Source: Bugula neritina (lineage: Eukaryota; Animalia; Bryozoa). Taken from it: a DNA stretch of 64,000 nt. A program made the position numbers and the translations under genes. Positions 50,401 through 60,403 of this stretch are shown in pieces (the stretch's first letter is position 1; each line of letters begins with the position of its first letter). The stretch lies in NCBI GenBank assembly GCA_964035545.1, contig OZ037771.1, forward strand, positions 2,305,628 to 2,369,627, in the 5' to 3' direction. Under the pieces are notes generated by a model, which saw only the letters and a list, made by a program, of their open reading frames with translations, was not told the origin of the DNA and searched no databases.

Positions 50401-53400
50401 TTATACATATTATTACATGTTTCAAGTGTCATTTATGTTTCTAGAAATTTTCCATCATTTTTTGAAAAAATTTTTTGCGTTCAATTGTGAATTATTTACA
50501 AACATTAAATGTTATGCAAAGACAGTTTTTAAATCAACTCTAACAGTTTTAATCCTCTTGAAACGCACTATCTTTAAAAAATACTATATTCACTGGCTTT
50601 TTAGGACAAGTGGGTGATGCTGGTGAACCCGGACCCCCCGGTCCTAAAGGATTCAAAGGAATAAAAGGACTGCCGGGAGATCCAGCACGCAATGGACTAC
50701 CAGGACCTCCTGGTGATCCAGGCCTGGACGGTCCGAATGGTAGAGATGTGAGTATATAGTGGATGCTTGAAGACTTTGGTTACAATTTTGGTGGAACATT
50801 GATATGATCAAATAATATTTACATAATACCCAGCTCCTGTGATCTCTCTTCAATATTTGTGTTTAATAAAGAGTTATCCTTCCTTGGATAAATATCACTC
50901 AGCGAGATGACAACTCTCAAGTTTCAAAGCTCATTTCACCTTTCTATAGATTCTGATTCAGAGAGTCCTAAATAGAGTCACGGCAACTGGGCCTCGGAAT
51001 GTGGCAGTGGCAGCAGCTAACAATTCTGTACGGGATAGCATTGCTTATTTCTTATTCTTTTTATTTTATTTTAAGTAACTGAATCCTGTTTTTCAGGGAT
51101 TATTTGGAGTAGAAGGATCTCCTGGTCAGAAAGGTGAACAAGGAAACCCTGGTCCAAAAGGCTATCCAGGAGTTAAAGGAGAACCAGGAGATTCTGGACG
51201 TTCAGGTTATCCCGGTATTAAAGGTGCAGATGGTCTTGATGGTAAGTTGAAGATTTTAAACAAGGGAGCTGCAAAACTGATATAGTTTTACGCTAAATTT
51301 GAACTTTAACAGAATGAAGCTGGTAATAATTTTGATTGAAAGTTTCAAGTTTTGTGTTAAATAACTAACTTGTAGCATTGTGTGTGCACCAGGTCTGAAA
51401 GGTCAAAAAGGTGAAAAGGGAGAGAGAGCAACTCTAGGTAGTAGCACACCACTCAATGAGAAGGGTGTACCTGGCAAACCTGGACTGCCTGGTCTACCAG
51501 GTCCTAGAGGGAATAATGGTCTAAAAGGACTAGACGGGCTTCCAGGAGTAAAAGGCATAGCATCATTTATATTCTTTCCAACAAGTTTTAATGCTATTTA
51601 GTTTACTTTCTTCGAGCTGTATATTAGAAACCTGTTGCACTTTGAGCCACATCTTCGGAATAATTCACCAAGCCTGGTTTTCTTAGTACTTCTGCCTTTT
51701 GGATTTAAATGTTTTTTTTAATGTTAAAAGCTCACATTTTGATGGTTAGTTTAAATGTACATATTATTTGTCAGTGTATACCACACTGTGAATAATAAAT
51801 AAGAAGATATGATTAATTGAAAATTAGGCAAAGTTTTACTAATAAAACTTGTGTTAATAAATTAAGCAAATATTGAATTATGTTGCATGTCATAACATTT
51901 CATTTGTTTTTAAAAAAGTGTAATTTTTTCTACTTTATATCATGCAGGAGAAAAAGGATATCCGGGTATTGCTGGTAGAGATGGATTCCCAGGTTCAAAG
52001 GGTGAAAAGGGAGACAAGGGAGTTCGTGGCAAAGATGGCTTGCAAGGTTTGGAAGGGTTACCTGGATTAGATGGTTTACCAGGAAGTGCTGGGCCTCCTG
52101 GAGGTCATGCTGGAATGTTAATCACCAGGTGAATGCTGTACTCTGCAAGCCAACTTAACCTTTTCAAATGACTTGCTTTAATGTGGCATTGCTATCTGTT
52201 TTATTTCTCTGCCAACCTCATTATCACTTGGTACTGTAACAGTTTGAAATTATGGTCAAATCAGATTTCGTTAAATATGGTAAATATTTTTATGATTGGT
52301 TGCTTTAAATCTTACTTCAATGTTGATTTTATTAAATTGCAGTTTTATTGATTTGGCTTTTGGTTTATTGTGTGAACTACTCTTTGCGCAATCTGTTCTA
52401 TAAGGAATACTATCAACGTCAGCAACAAGTAAAACTACTATTATAACTTACATCACAAGTTGTGCTGCAGGCACAGCCAAGCCACCTCAGTACCCACATG
52501 CCCTGCGGGAACTACCAAGTTGTGGAGTGGATATTCGCTACTCTATACTCAAGGAAATGGCTATACACACGGACAGGATCTTGGTGAGATAAGGCTCCTT
52601 TATCAAAGCCACACTTAGGAACATTTGAAGTAATCATAGAGTTAAAGAAGCCATTCTACTTGATATTTATGTTTTGTTGATTTGTTGTTCAGGTGACAGT
52701 GGCAGTTGTTTGAGGAAGTTTAGCGTGATGCCATTTATGTTCTGTAATATTAACGAGAGGTGTACGGTAGCCAGCCGCAATGATTACTCATATTGGCTTT
52801 CTACTGAGGAGCCAATGGCTGCTATGAAGAATCCAGTGAGAGGACCAACTATTGGTGAGGACATGCAGTACTCTGTGCTGCTTTGTATTGTGTAGTAGTA
52901 GTAGCAGGAAATTCAACAGACTGGTATAAAAATAAGACTTGATAACTCTGACAAGTAAAGTACTTGGATAATGTGGGCTTAAATTATGTTACTTTGAAAG
53001 ATAAAAATGGCAAAATAAGGTGCTGTAAGATGATTGTTGAATTTCACATCATTACATGCTCTTAAATAACTTTACCCTGCTATATCTTATCATATATCGT
53101 ATCGTATAATACTATTCATTGAACTGAAGTTCATATTTTTGTATTAAACATTCCAGATTTCAGAACTTTGATAATGAAAGTGATTTATGGCAGTTGACCT
53201 TTGTGTGAAATTGTTGCCATTCAAACTTTTCATCTCTTCAGTTTTCATGTATATACTAATCATACAATATGAATATATTAATGCTTTCTGTTTTTCTTTC
53301 GTAATTGAAATAGTCCACAATCCTCTAAGTGTTGAATTGAGTATTAGAGCTAACCAGTGCAGACAGCTATTAAGTGTGAAGAGATGAAGCAATGTACTAT

Positions 53401-55210
53401 TCATATTTAGCTATGTTCTATTCTATACTCTGCCGACACAACAAAAAGGTACTATACACATGTACAGTGGTGAAAGTGATTTGTCTCACATAGTTGTCTT
53501 GTTGTCTTTCAGCCAAGTATGTTAGTCGTTGCTCAGTTTGTGAAGCTCCATCCATGACCATAGCTGTACACAGTCAGAGTGTGACAATTCCAGACTGCCC
53601 GGCTGGTTGGTCATCTCTGTGGATCGGCTACTCCTTCGCCTTCGTATGTCTGCTACTATATACAGTATAATATATACAGTATAATATATACAGTATAATA
53701 TATACAGTTTAATATATACAGTATAATATATACCGTATAATAATTATATACAGTATAATATATACAGTATAATATATAGAGTATAATAATTATATACAGT
53801 ATACTAGATCTGTACTATATACAATATACAATTTAGCTACACAGCGTACAATATACAGTATACAATATCCATACAGTATACCAAATACAGTATACTAAAT
53901 CTCGTTATAATTTGATAAACTACTCGCTCAAAGATTCTGAATAGTGGAACCATTTTTTGTAACATTGGAAAGTTGACATTTACCTAACTCATCATTGATA
54001 TGGCCACAATATTTACCTTGTTCTGATGTGTTCGATTTTACTAAACAGAATTAGGTTTGTATGTCTGTTTGTGTGTCTGTCTAGTCTTCGGGAGCTGGAG
54101 CCGAGGGTTCTGGTCAGGATTTGCAGTCTCCGGGATCTTGTCTTCAGGAGTTCAGACCCACCCCTTTCGTGGAATGTCACGGAGTTGGTGAGTTGGTATT
54201 GTGTTACAGCTCAGTATACACTGGTTAGTGTGTGGTACACTGGTTAGTGTGTGGTACACTGGTTAGTGTGTGGTACACTGGTTAGTGTGTGGTACACTGG
54301 TTAGTGTGTGGTACACTGGTTAGTGTGTGGTACACTGGTTAGTGTGTGGTACACTGGTTAGTGTGTGGCACACTGGTTAGTGTGTGGTACACTGGTTAGT
54401 GTGTGGTACACTGGTTAGTGTGTGGTACACTGGTTAGTGTGTGGTACACTGGTTAGTGTGTGGTACACTGGTTAGTGTGTGGTACACTGGTTAGTGTGTG
54501 GTACACTGGTTAGTGTGTGGTACACTGGTTAGTGTGTGGTACACTGGTTAGTGTGTGGTACACTGGTTAGTGTGTGGTACACTGGTTAGTGTGTGGTACA
54601 CTGGTTAGTGTGTGGTACACTGGTTAGTGTGTGGTACACTGGTTAGTGTGTGGTACACTGGTTAGTGTGTGGTACACTGGTTAGTGTGTGGTACACTGGT
54701 TAGTGTGTGGTACACTGGTTAGTGTGTGGTACACTGGTTAGTGTGTGGTACACTGGTTAGTGTGTGGTACACTGGTTAGTGTGTGGTACACTGGTTAGGC
54801 TGTGGTCCACTGGTTAGGCTGTGGTCCACTGGTTAGGTTTAAATATTGACTATTCATAGGTATAGTGTAACTCGCCGTCGCTGCACTATCAATATTTCTA
54901 ACAGTCTAGACTCTAGAAGATGTGAAGATGAATTCTCAACACCTACTCGGTCAATGTTAATATCACAGTTCATGTAATCCAAAGCTAATGGGAAGTTGTA
55001 TTCTCACTGAAATGCGTTCCTCAGATAAATAAGATTTATTGTACTAAAGACTATTTTACAGGAACCTGTAACTACTATGCCACTGGTCTTGCCTTCTACA
55101 TGAGTATCATCGACCCCAACAGCCAGTTTGTTAAGCCGAATCCAGCAACGTTTAAGGATGGATCACTGCGAGAGAACATATCCCGATGTAATGTTTGTAT
55201 GAGGTTGTGA
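20479..55210 (+). CDS. COL4A1: Type IV collagen alpha1-like chain, complete, about 1770 aa
   Basis: Exons 20479-20574, 21574-21636, 21751-21885, 22674-22718, 23471-23533, 25032-25112, 25802-25873, 27003-27074, 29216-29293, 29379-29466, 29951-30049, 37272-37442, 37688-37774, 38176-38316, 38621-38780, 41155-41309, 41668-41846, 42114-42306, 42437-42613, 43091-43195, 43296-43510, 43899-44040, 44495-44611, 45027-45197, 46013-46147, 46264-46476, 47121-47344, 47532-47676, 48606-48767, 49337-49567, 50605-50747, 51097-51241, 51393-51554, 51948-52128, 52471-52583, 52693-52854, 53513-53643, 54085-54187, 55062-55210 (5304 nt, phase-consistent). Signal peptide; 7[22 protein letters not shown] and GCNGT; NC1 carries the alpha1-type [12 protein letters not shown]. 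Confidence 0.95.
29526..29702. repeat. 18-bp minisatellite, about 10 copies
   Basis: GAGTTTGTATAACCTGTT variants. Confidence 0.9.
30432..30827. repeat. 26-bp minisatellite, about 15 copies
   Basis: TAGTATAGTACTGACAGTCACAGTAG variants. Confidence 0.9.
31736..32419. mobile_element. Non-autonomous MITE, PIF/Harbinger-like
   Basis: Terminal inverted repeats of about 42 bp (CCCCCTATTCACACTTACCGTACCGTACGCCGTAACAGCAAA / its near-perfect reverse complement), TTA on both flanks, AT-rich non-coding interior, 684 bp. Confidence 0.85.
32910..34124 (-). CDS. Nested antisense micro-gene B: 70-aa paralog of micro-gene A
   Basis: Exons 34124-34103 (ATG GGA AAC ACG TCC TCA AAT T|gtaagt), 33381-33328 and 33046-32910, all GT-AG and phase-consistent. 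Product [70 protein letters not shown]. Same 22-nt first coding exon as copy A. Confidence 0.75.
34277..34395 (-). promoter_or_regulatory. Promoter of micro-gene B: TATA box, two NF-kB/Rel-type sites and a C/EBP-type site
   Basis: TATAAATA at 34284-34277 (-), AGGAAATA 8 nt upstream of it, GGAAAATTCC at 34311-34320, GGGGATTCCCC at 34328-34338, TTGCGTAA at 34388-34395. Confidence 0.6.
35164..35390. repeat. Minisatellite of about 25 bp between the two nested micro-genes
   Basis: ATCTGCTATAGTTACTATACTATAT variants. Confidence 0.9.
35927..36431 (-). CDS. Nested antisense micro-gene A: 78-aa basic, Gly-rich peptide with N-myristoylation motif
   Basis: Exons 36431-36410 (ATG GGG AAC ACA ACT TCA ACT T|gtaagt) and 36141-35927 (ttctcacag|). 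Product [34 protein letters not shown](GGGGF)3[10 protein letters not shown](G)13CGGGGM*. TATATAA at 36570-36564 on -. Confidence 0.75.
36564..36603 (-). promoter_or_regulatory. Promoter of micro-gene A: TATA box, AGGAAATA element, degenerate kappaB-like site
   Basis: TATATAA at 36570-36564 (-); AGGAAATA at the same 8-nt spacing as in copy B; GGGAAACACC at 36594-36603. Confidence 0.5.
38903..40677 (-). mobile_element. Tc1/mariner DNA transposon, full length but defective
   Basis: 27-bp TIRs CAGTG(C/A)TGTGAAAAAGTTTAAGGACGC (1 mismatch), flanked by TA; internal transposase remnants. Confidence 0.93.
39254..40279 (-). pseudogene. Disrupted Tc1 transposase
   Basis: N-terminal HTH segment with GRPK (40279-40022) ends in a premature stop. 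VIFSDES near 39820-39837. C-terminal FEDDNAPCH...[15 protein letters not shown] has the catalytic E of NPIEN changed to R. Confidence 0.9.
44861..44942. repeat. Perfect 39-bp inverted repeat with a 4-nt loop
   Basis: TAGGTTTTTATTCAGAAGTATGGCTGTGATTTTAGTTAT-cact-ATAACTAAAATCACAGCCATACTTCTGAATAAAAACCTA. Confidence 0.95.
45423..45428 (+). CDS. Candidate 6-nt microexon (adds Ala-Pro)
   Basis: ttctgtgttcatcctctag|CTCCAG|gtaagt; phase 1-1, matching flanking exons ending 45197 and starting 46013. Confidence 0.55.
45760..45885. repeat. Tandem repeat of about 17 bp
   Basis: GTCACATGACTTATAC(A/T) variants. Confidence 0.8.
46823..47085. repeat. 42-bp minisatellite, about 6 copies
   Basis: CATATGATTGGCTGTTGGTCTATTTACCTACTGAAATACTCG; explains ORF-track 46826 and 46837. 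Confidence 0.92.
47855..47866 (+). CDS. Candidate 12-nt microexon (G-R-I-K-G)
   Basis: acttgtgtttcaag|GTCGAATAAAGG|gtaagt; phase 1-1, between exons ending 47676 and starting 48606. Confidence 0.55.
49613..49827. repeat. 53-bp minisatellite, about 4 copies
   Basis: TATATGTAACTATAACTATTAACTCATGACTCTATCAAATGTAACTCTGTAGC. Confidence 0.9.
49998..50006 (+). CDS. Candidate 9-nt microexon (A-S-R)
   Basis: ttttattttccgtttag|CGTCCCGAG|gtataa; phase 1-1, between exons ending 49567 and starting 50605. Confidence 0.5.
50040..50150. repeat. 10-bp tandem repeat
   Basis: TACTACGCCG / TACTACACTG. Confidence 0.9.
52108..55210 (+). CDS. C-terminal NC1 (C4) domain exons of the alpha1(IV)-like chain
   Basis: [27 protein letters not shown]...HGQDLG...[18 protein letters not shown]...SRCSVCEAP...AVHSQ...[14 protein letters not shown]...[26 protein letters not shown]...SRCNVCMRL*. 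Confidence 0.95.
53657..53800. repeat. 14-bp AT-rich tandem repeat
   Basis: TATACAGTATAATA. Confidence 0.85.
54218..54837. repeat. Homogeneous 19-bp minisatellite, about 32 copies, in the last alpha1 intron
   Basis: GGTACACTGGTTAGTGTGT. Confidence 0.95.
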
Positions 55211-55406
55211 GCACAAGATATTGAGTAGACAACTACGAGAGCTATTTTGCATTGTTACCAAGGTAACCAGTATTGTATTCTAGGTCATAAAAATGTTTGT
55301 TGAATCATTTAGTTTTAGAGATACTCGCGAATATCGTTAATTTATAATATTGAAATTGTTTGTCATCTATAACTTTAGCCCTAGTAATCAGTTACCAATA
55401 CAAAGC

Positions 55407-55412
55407 AATAAA
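55407..55412 (+). terminator. Candidate polyadenylation signal of the alpha1(IV)-like gene
   Basis: AATAAA about 200 nt after the TGA, followed by U-rich sequence. Confidence 0.45.
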
Positions 55413-56175
55413 TTGTGTATATATTTTTTAATATCCACTGCTGATTTTTTTACTTCTTTGTATAATTTTACATCACGTTCTATAGAGCTTAATTTGATGA
55501 GGTAACTCCTCATATATTTTTAGTTTTTGCAGGTAATTAGTTATGATCAATGCGAAATTAGTAGCTAATGTATATACCTCACACGTGTCGAGTGTGACTT
55601 TAATAATTGTTTTTCTTGGTATCTTAGCAACAGTAGTTATATTTGAGTTTTACAAATCAGGTGCTGTATTTAATCACAATATAGTTTATATATAAATATA
55701 ATTTTCTTATATAAAACATAGCTATCACTCTCTAAACCTGATAATGAATAGTTTGCATAATGTATCTACAAATTATTCATAAGAAATATTTACAAGGTAA
55801 TTTAATTATAAACGTGAAAATATTAGAAAATATTAAAATAATTAATTTACTTCAGCACATGGACTTACAGCCATAATTGACAAGACTGACAATTAGAAAA
55901 CAGTTCACTAAAGACTAATATTACACAATGACCATCTTGGCAAAAACTCAAATTTATAGATCAACTGTAAATGAGTCATAACTTATGATTGAGCAACCAA
56001 TCAGCACCAGGATGCTGTGCCCTGAACAACTATGGCAGCCACGCGGCTGGTCTAATTGATAGAGATGATTGTCAGCAATCAACGTAACATTTGCATTGTT
56101 GTGCTATTATATAAATACTGTACTGAGCACCATTCCGGTAGTTGTCTTCTCTTCTATAACAGCTGAGTCATCACT

Positions 56176-59100
56176 TTAAACAGGAGAGCCTTGATTGACT
56201 GTTATATCCAGCTGACTACAGAACTCATCAAAATCTTTTAGTTCATTCTCAAAAAGGTCAAGGTTGAGTTGCTCGAGTGTCTCAGAAATTGTCTCCCCGG
56301 TGTTTAGCAATACTAAATCTTCTTTCCGGTGAAACTTTTTGTAAAATCTGCCTATATCGTGTTCCACAGTAGGGACTGCAAACGGCATTTTCTAAAAGAA
56401 AAGTCATAAGTCACTACGTCATCACCTGGCACGTTAAAAATGTAGTCAAGAGTAGCTAAGCTACAAAGCTGCGACATTTTACTCAAGTAAATGTGTTTTA
56501 TAGCTTAGATTTCCAGTAATTTCCACAAATATTATTGAATGATACGGTAACCTTACTGAGACGTTTAAAAATGCTCTACCTTAAAATATAATTTTATTAC
56601 ATTTCATGTTGTTGTTACTTTTTTTTCTACTTTGAATCTACCATACAAAGTGTTTTTCTATGACAAAGCAAAATTAAATTAATTCATAAAAAGCAGTAGA
56701 CAGTAAACTAGATTAAACAATGGAATCTAGAATCTTCCCCCATTCAAAACTGTTCCATATCATTAGAAAGTTTGATATTCACTATGCATGCGTGTGTGCA
56801 TCCGAAAATATACAGCAAGAGGCATAGTAATAGTTTTGACAATTAATTGTACATAAGATTAAACAATACTTTAAAGACAACAGATTGTATGATGTTCACA
56901 TTTCACAGTGATCCAAACACTGTAGGTTGAAATTAGTACAAGTTTTAAGCTGTCTAATGATAGTAAAGTGCAGTAGACCATTACACATGGTCAGTGAATT
57001 TAAGAGACTTACAACATCAACTAGTATGAAGTCGTCAGCTGGTTTCTTGTACTGCTCCATGAATTCTGGATCGTCAAACAGAGATGTAGAGAAATCTTTT
57101 GTATGCGTCTGGCAAGAGAGAACAACTCAGTGAAAACATGACAATCAGGTAAAGGCAAGTAGTAGTTGTGAAAAATTACACACACACATGTTACACTCTA
57201 CTCACAATAGCGTAGTGATAGAAGTAACTAGTAATAGTACTTACTGGTAATAGTACTCACTAGTAACTAGTACTCACTAGGAAGCTAGTAATAGTACTCA
57301 CTAGTAACTAGTACTCACTAGTAGCTAGTAATAGTACTCACTAGTAACTAGTACTCACTAGTAACTAGTAATAGTACTCACCGACACATCTGGCGAGTGC
57401 GGAGGAAAGAGGGCGTCAGCATCACCAGTTTGCTCAGCTTGCTCCATGAGAATAGAGAACGGTACTTCCTCTTCTAGACTCACCTGACTGGCTCTTCGAG
57501 GAGCAAATGCGAAGCCATTACTCCGCCGCAGTTTGTCTGGTGTACTGGAAGTCAACAAGTGGAGATAATCAGTAACTCCTAATAGTACTAACACTGAGAC
57601 TACTATTTGTACTAGTTCACTTTATGACTCATAATTGTCTTAATACTAACCACTGCTACCGACTAGACCAATAACGCCAATTATAACAAACATACAAACA
57701 TGTGTAAATAAATAAATATATATAATAGTATAATATAATATAGCAATACACACTCACCTAACTCTGTGTGGAGAACTTGAAGAGTCAGGGTCATCGCTGC
57801 TGCTTAAGGGTTCATTCAACACGCTGCCGAGAGATTTGGGTAGAGGTTTACGAGGACTGTTGCTGGGGTGATGAACTATCTCATAGTCTGTAGGTGGTGT
57901 GCTGCTGCATGAGTGTCTACCGTCAGCAACGTCCTCGTCAGTCCACACTGGTCTGCAGTTGTATGGAACACAGGTTATAACAGCGAATGGTAAAAGCTGT
58001 TGAAATTAAAAAGAATTACAAAACATTTTTAGAGTTGATTCAAGAATTATTTGAGGATTTCCTAAGATAGAATTTGAGTTGGACTCGTAATGATAACAGT
58101 TTTGCTTACGAGTGAGCAAAACTCGCTCTGCTTGGCACCACAAAAGGGGTTTTCTCGGTGCTGAAGTAATTTTCCCTAACATCCATATGCTGATAGCTGT
58201 TGGTGGGAGAGAAAAGGAGTTTTGCCCTACAAGAGTTAGTAAAAGTGAACGTAAGGTGCTAAGTATTTACTATTCAAGCTGCACGAACCCACACTTGTAT
58301 CGACGATGTAATCAATCAATAAGTAGCAACTAACACAAAAACTAGCCTAAACTACCACCGCCATACATTACAGCAATCACATAACTTAGGTTACAACAGA
58401 AAAATATGTAATCAGTTAAAAGCACTGAAATACATAAACAACTCAGTTGGCTAAACCATCGGGTTACAGCTTTTCCCTGATGCAATTTATTATTCATGAA
58501 AAACAAGATAGCAAAGAAGTTGAGATAGAATTTTTAGTGAATTGATTAATTGCCATTACACCTGGACAAAAGGCACAAGAGAGTCTTACAAAAGACTGCA
58601 CTGCATGCTACATGCATACCTGCAATGCACCCCCAGCCTCACTGTGCCTAGCGGAGTGACTGATGAGCCGATATGGGTATGGGTGGGGCCGTTGAAGGAG
58701 TCGCCCATCTCTGAGAGCTCTGGAGGGCCATGGTAGAGTCTGTAGCATATGACAAACGTATCGGATCTCTGGTTACGAGCCAAATAGTAGCCGTTCTTGT
58801 CTCGGGTCATGCAGATTAGAGATCGCAGGAGTCGAGTTAGTCGCTGGTATACTTTATACGACACCTGGAATACAGGATACAGAGAATGCGTAAACAAGTT
58901 GCTTAATTTCTACATGTATAGAAGAAAACACAATTGCTGTAATATAGAAACATCAGTTGTTTTCAATGTGAAGGTGTTTGCCATAATACTCTGTTCTGTA
59001 TTAAGGAGGGGACAAATCCTGAAATAGATGCTGTATACTGAGTTGGAACATAGATATGAATGCAATGGTGGTCAATGATGAGAAATACTAGATGTAGACA

Positions 59101-60113
59101 CTAGTATAGATATAGACATTAGTATAGATATAGACACTAGTATAGATAGAGACACTAGTATAGACATTAGAGATACATGATATACATTATTTCTCTTATG
59201 TTGACCCCTAGAACATATCATAGTAGCTGAACTTTCATAAACAGATCATCAGTCAGTTGACCTGACAGGTTGACAGTTTGATGAAGTGTTTAGGTTGATA
59301 AACATATGATGCGTTGCTGATAGGTTAATCGGTTGATATGGTAACTTTTGAATGATAATTAAATAATACTTCTACAAAGCATGAGGGAAGTTTGCAGCTG
59401 AAATATCTCCTGCACTCTGACATTAATTCTAAATTTTACAATCCACCAAGATCTCTATTAGTACAACTCCACTCATGCATTTGGCAAGTTCAACTGAGTG
59501 TCAAAAAGATGAGAGTGACAAATATGGTGATACTTACCTTGACATTAGCCCTCTTGTCCACATCCATTGTGATGGACCACGTTTCTAGGACCATTTTACG
59601 AGCTTCGTTAGTAGCGAGGAATATTTCAATGTTGACTGTGAAAGCCTCGAGGACATACACATCGACAAGGCACTGTTTCATCTCTTGTAGCACTTCTGGC
59701 ACATCAGTTATAGCCAACTGGAACTGGAGGAAATATTCAACTCACAGCATGAAGCGCACAATACAAAAAAAATGGCAAACAATTTACACACAAGAATCCC
59801 TCTAAAATTAGAAAATGTGATTAAATAAAAACAAGAATATGGAACTTGAGATATCACGGGTTGACAACAAAAATTAGCTTGAGTTCAAGCACCAGGCGAT
59901 ACAGTCAACATCGCGTACTGACTGACAGGTTACATTGATATCTATATCACTCACCCATTCAGATCCTGAGGCAGCAACTTTACATTTATTAGTCATCCGA
60001 TTCCCAAGTCTTGACTGGACGATGACTTGAGCAGCTTTGTAAATGAAAAATCGAATATATCGCTCCAAGTCCTTCCTCTCTTGCAGAGACAGGAGGATTT
60101 TGGAAGCCATCAT
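56176..60113 (-). CDS. ATG13: Autophagy-related protein 13 (about 458 aa)
   Basis: Exons 60113-59955, 59723-59538, 58864-58620, 58226-58110, 57952-57758, 57544-57382, 57108-57013, 56391-56176 (phase-consistent). HORMA motifs QERKDLERYIRFFIYKAAQVIVQSRLG, EWFQLAITDVPEV, MVLETWSI, VSYKVYQRL, GSSVTPLGTVRL. LIR motif DDFILVD. C-terminal DIGRFYKKF...LKDFDEFCSQL. Confidence 0.93.
57226..57381. repeat. Tandem array built from the ATG13 intron 5' splice-site sequence
   Basis: On -: GTGAGTACTATTACTAGTTACTA / GTGAGTACTAGTTACTA units starting at the donor after 57382. Confidence 0.85.
59095..59165. repeat. Tandem repeat of about 20 bp
   Basis: TAGACACTAGTATAGATA(TA) variants. Confidence 0.75.
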
Positions 60114-60214
60114 ATAACAGATATTCCTGGGATAACAGCTGAAACAATTACCAGTTTTCAGTTAGTGCATAGTTTTTTTTTATTTTTAATAAACTCACGG
60201 AAGTTTATAGTCGC

Positions 60215-60403
60215 TATTCCTGTGAGAAACCTCTTATGGAAAGAGTTTTTGTTAGATCGGGCTAAGAACTTATTTAAATGAGACACAGGAGCAATTATGA
60301 CTGGATGCTCTTCCTAATATCACCAATGGCCTTTGTCCGGGCTCGAACCCATGACCTTCGGTTTACTAGGCAAATGCTCTAACCCCTAGACCACAGCTGC
60401 TCC
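60215..60403 (-). mobile_element. tRNA-derived SINE upstream of the first coding exon of ATG13
   Basis: On -: GGAGCAGCTGTGGTCTAGGGGTTAGAGC (A box) ... GGTTCGAGCCC (B box). The tRNA-like head lacks a good acceptor stem and continues into a non-tRNA body (ccattggtgatattaggaagagcatccag). 3' boundary approximate. Confidence 0.7.

Noticed and set aside
54218-54837. Regular repeat arrays resembling CRISPR
   Set aside because: Head-to-tail tandem units without unique spacers, in a eukaryotic intron, with no cas genes.
60330-60403. Functional tRNA-Thr gene
   Set aside because: Acceptor and anticodon stems pair poorly and the sequence continues into a SINE-like body.
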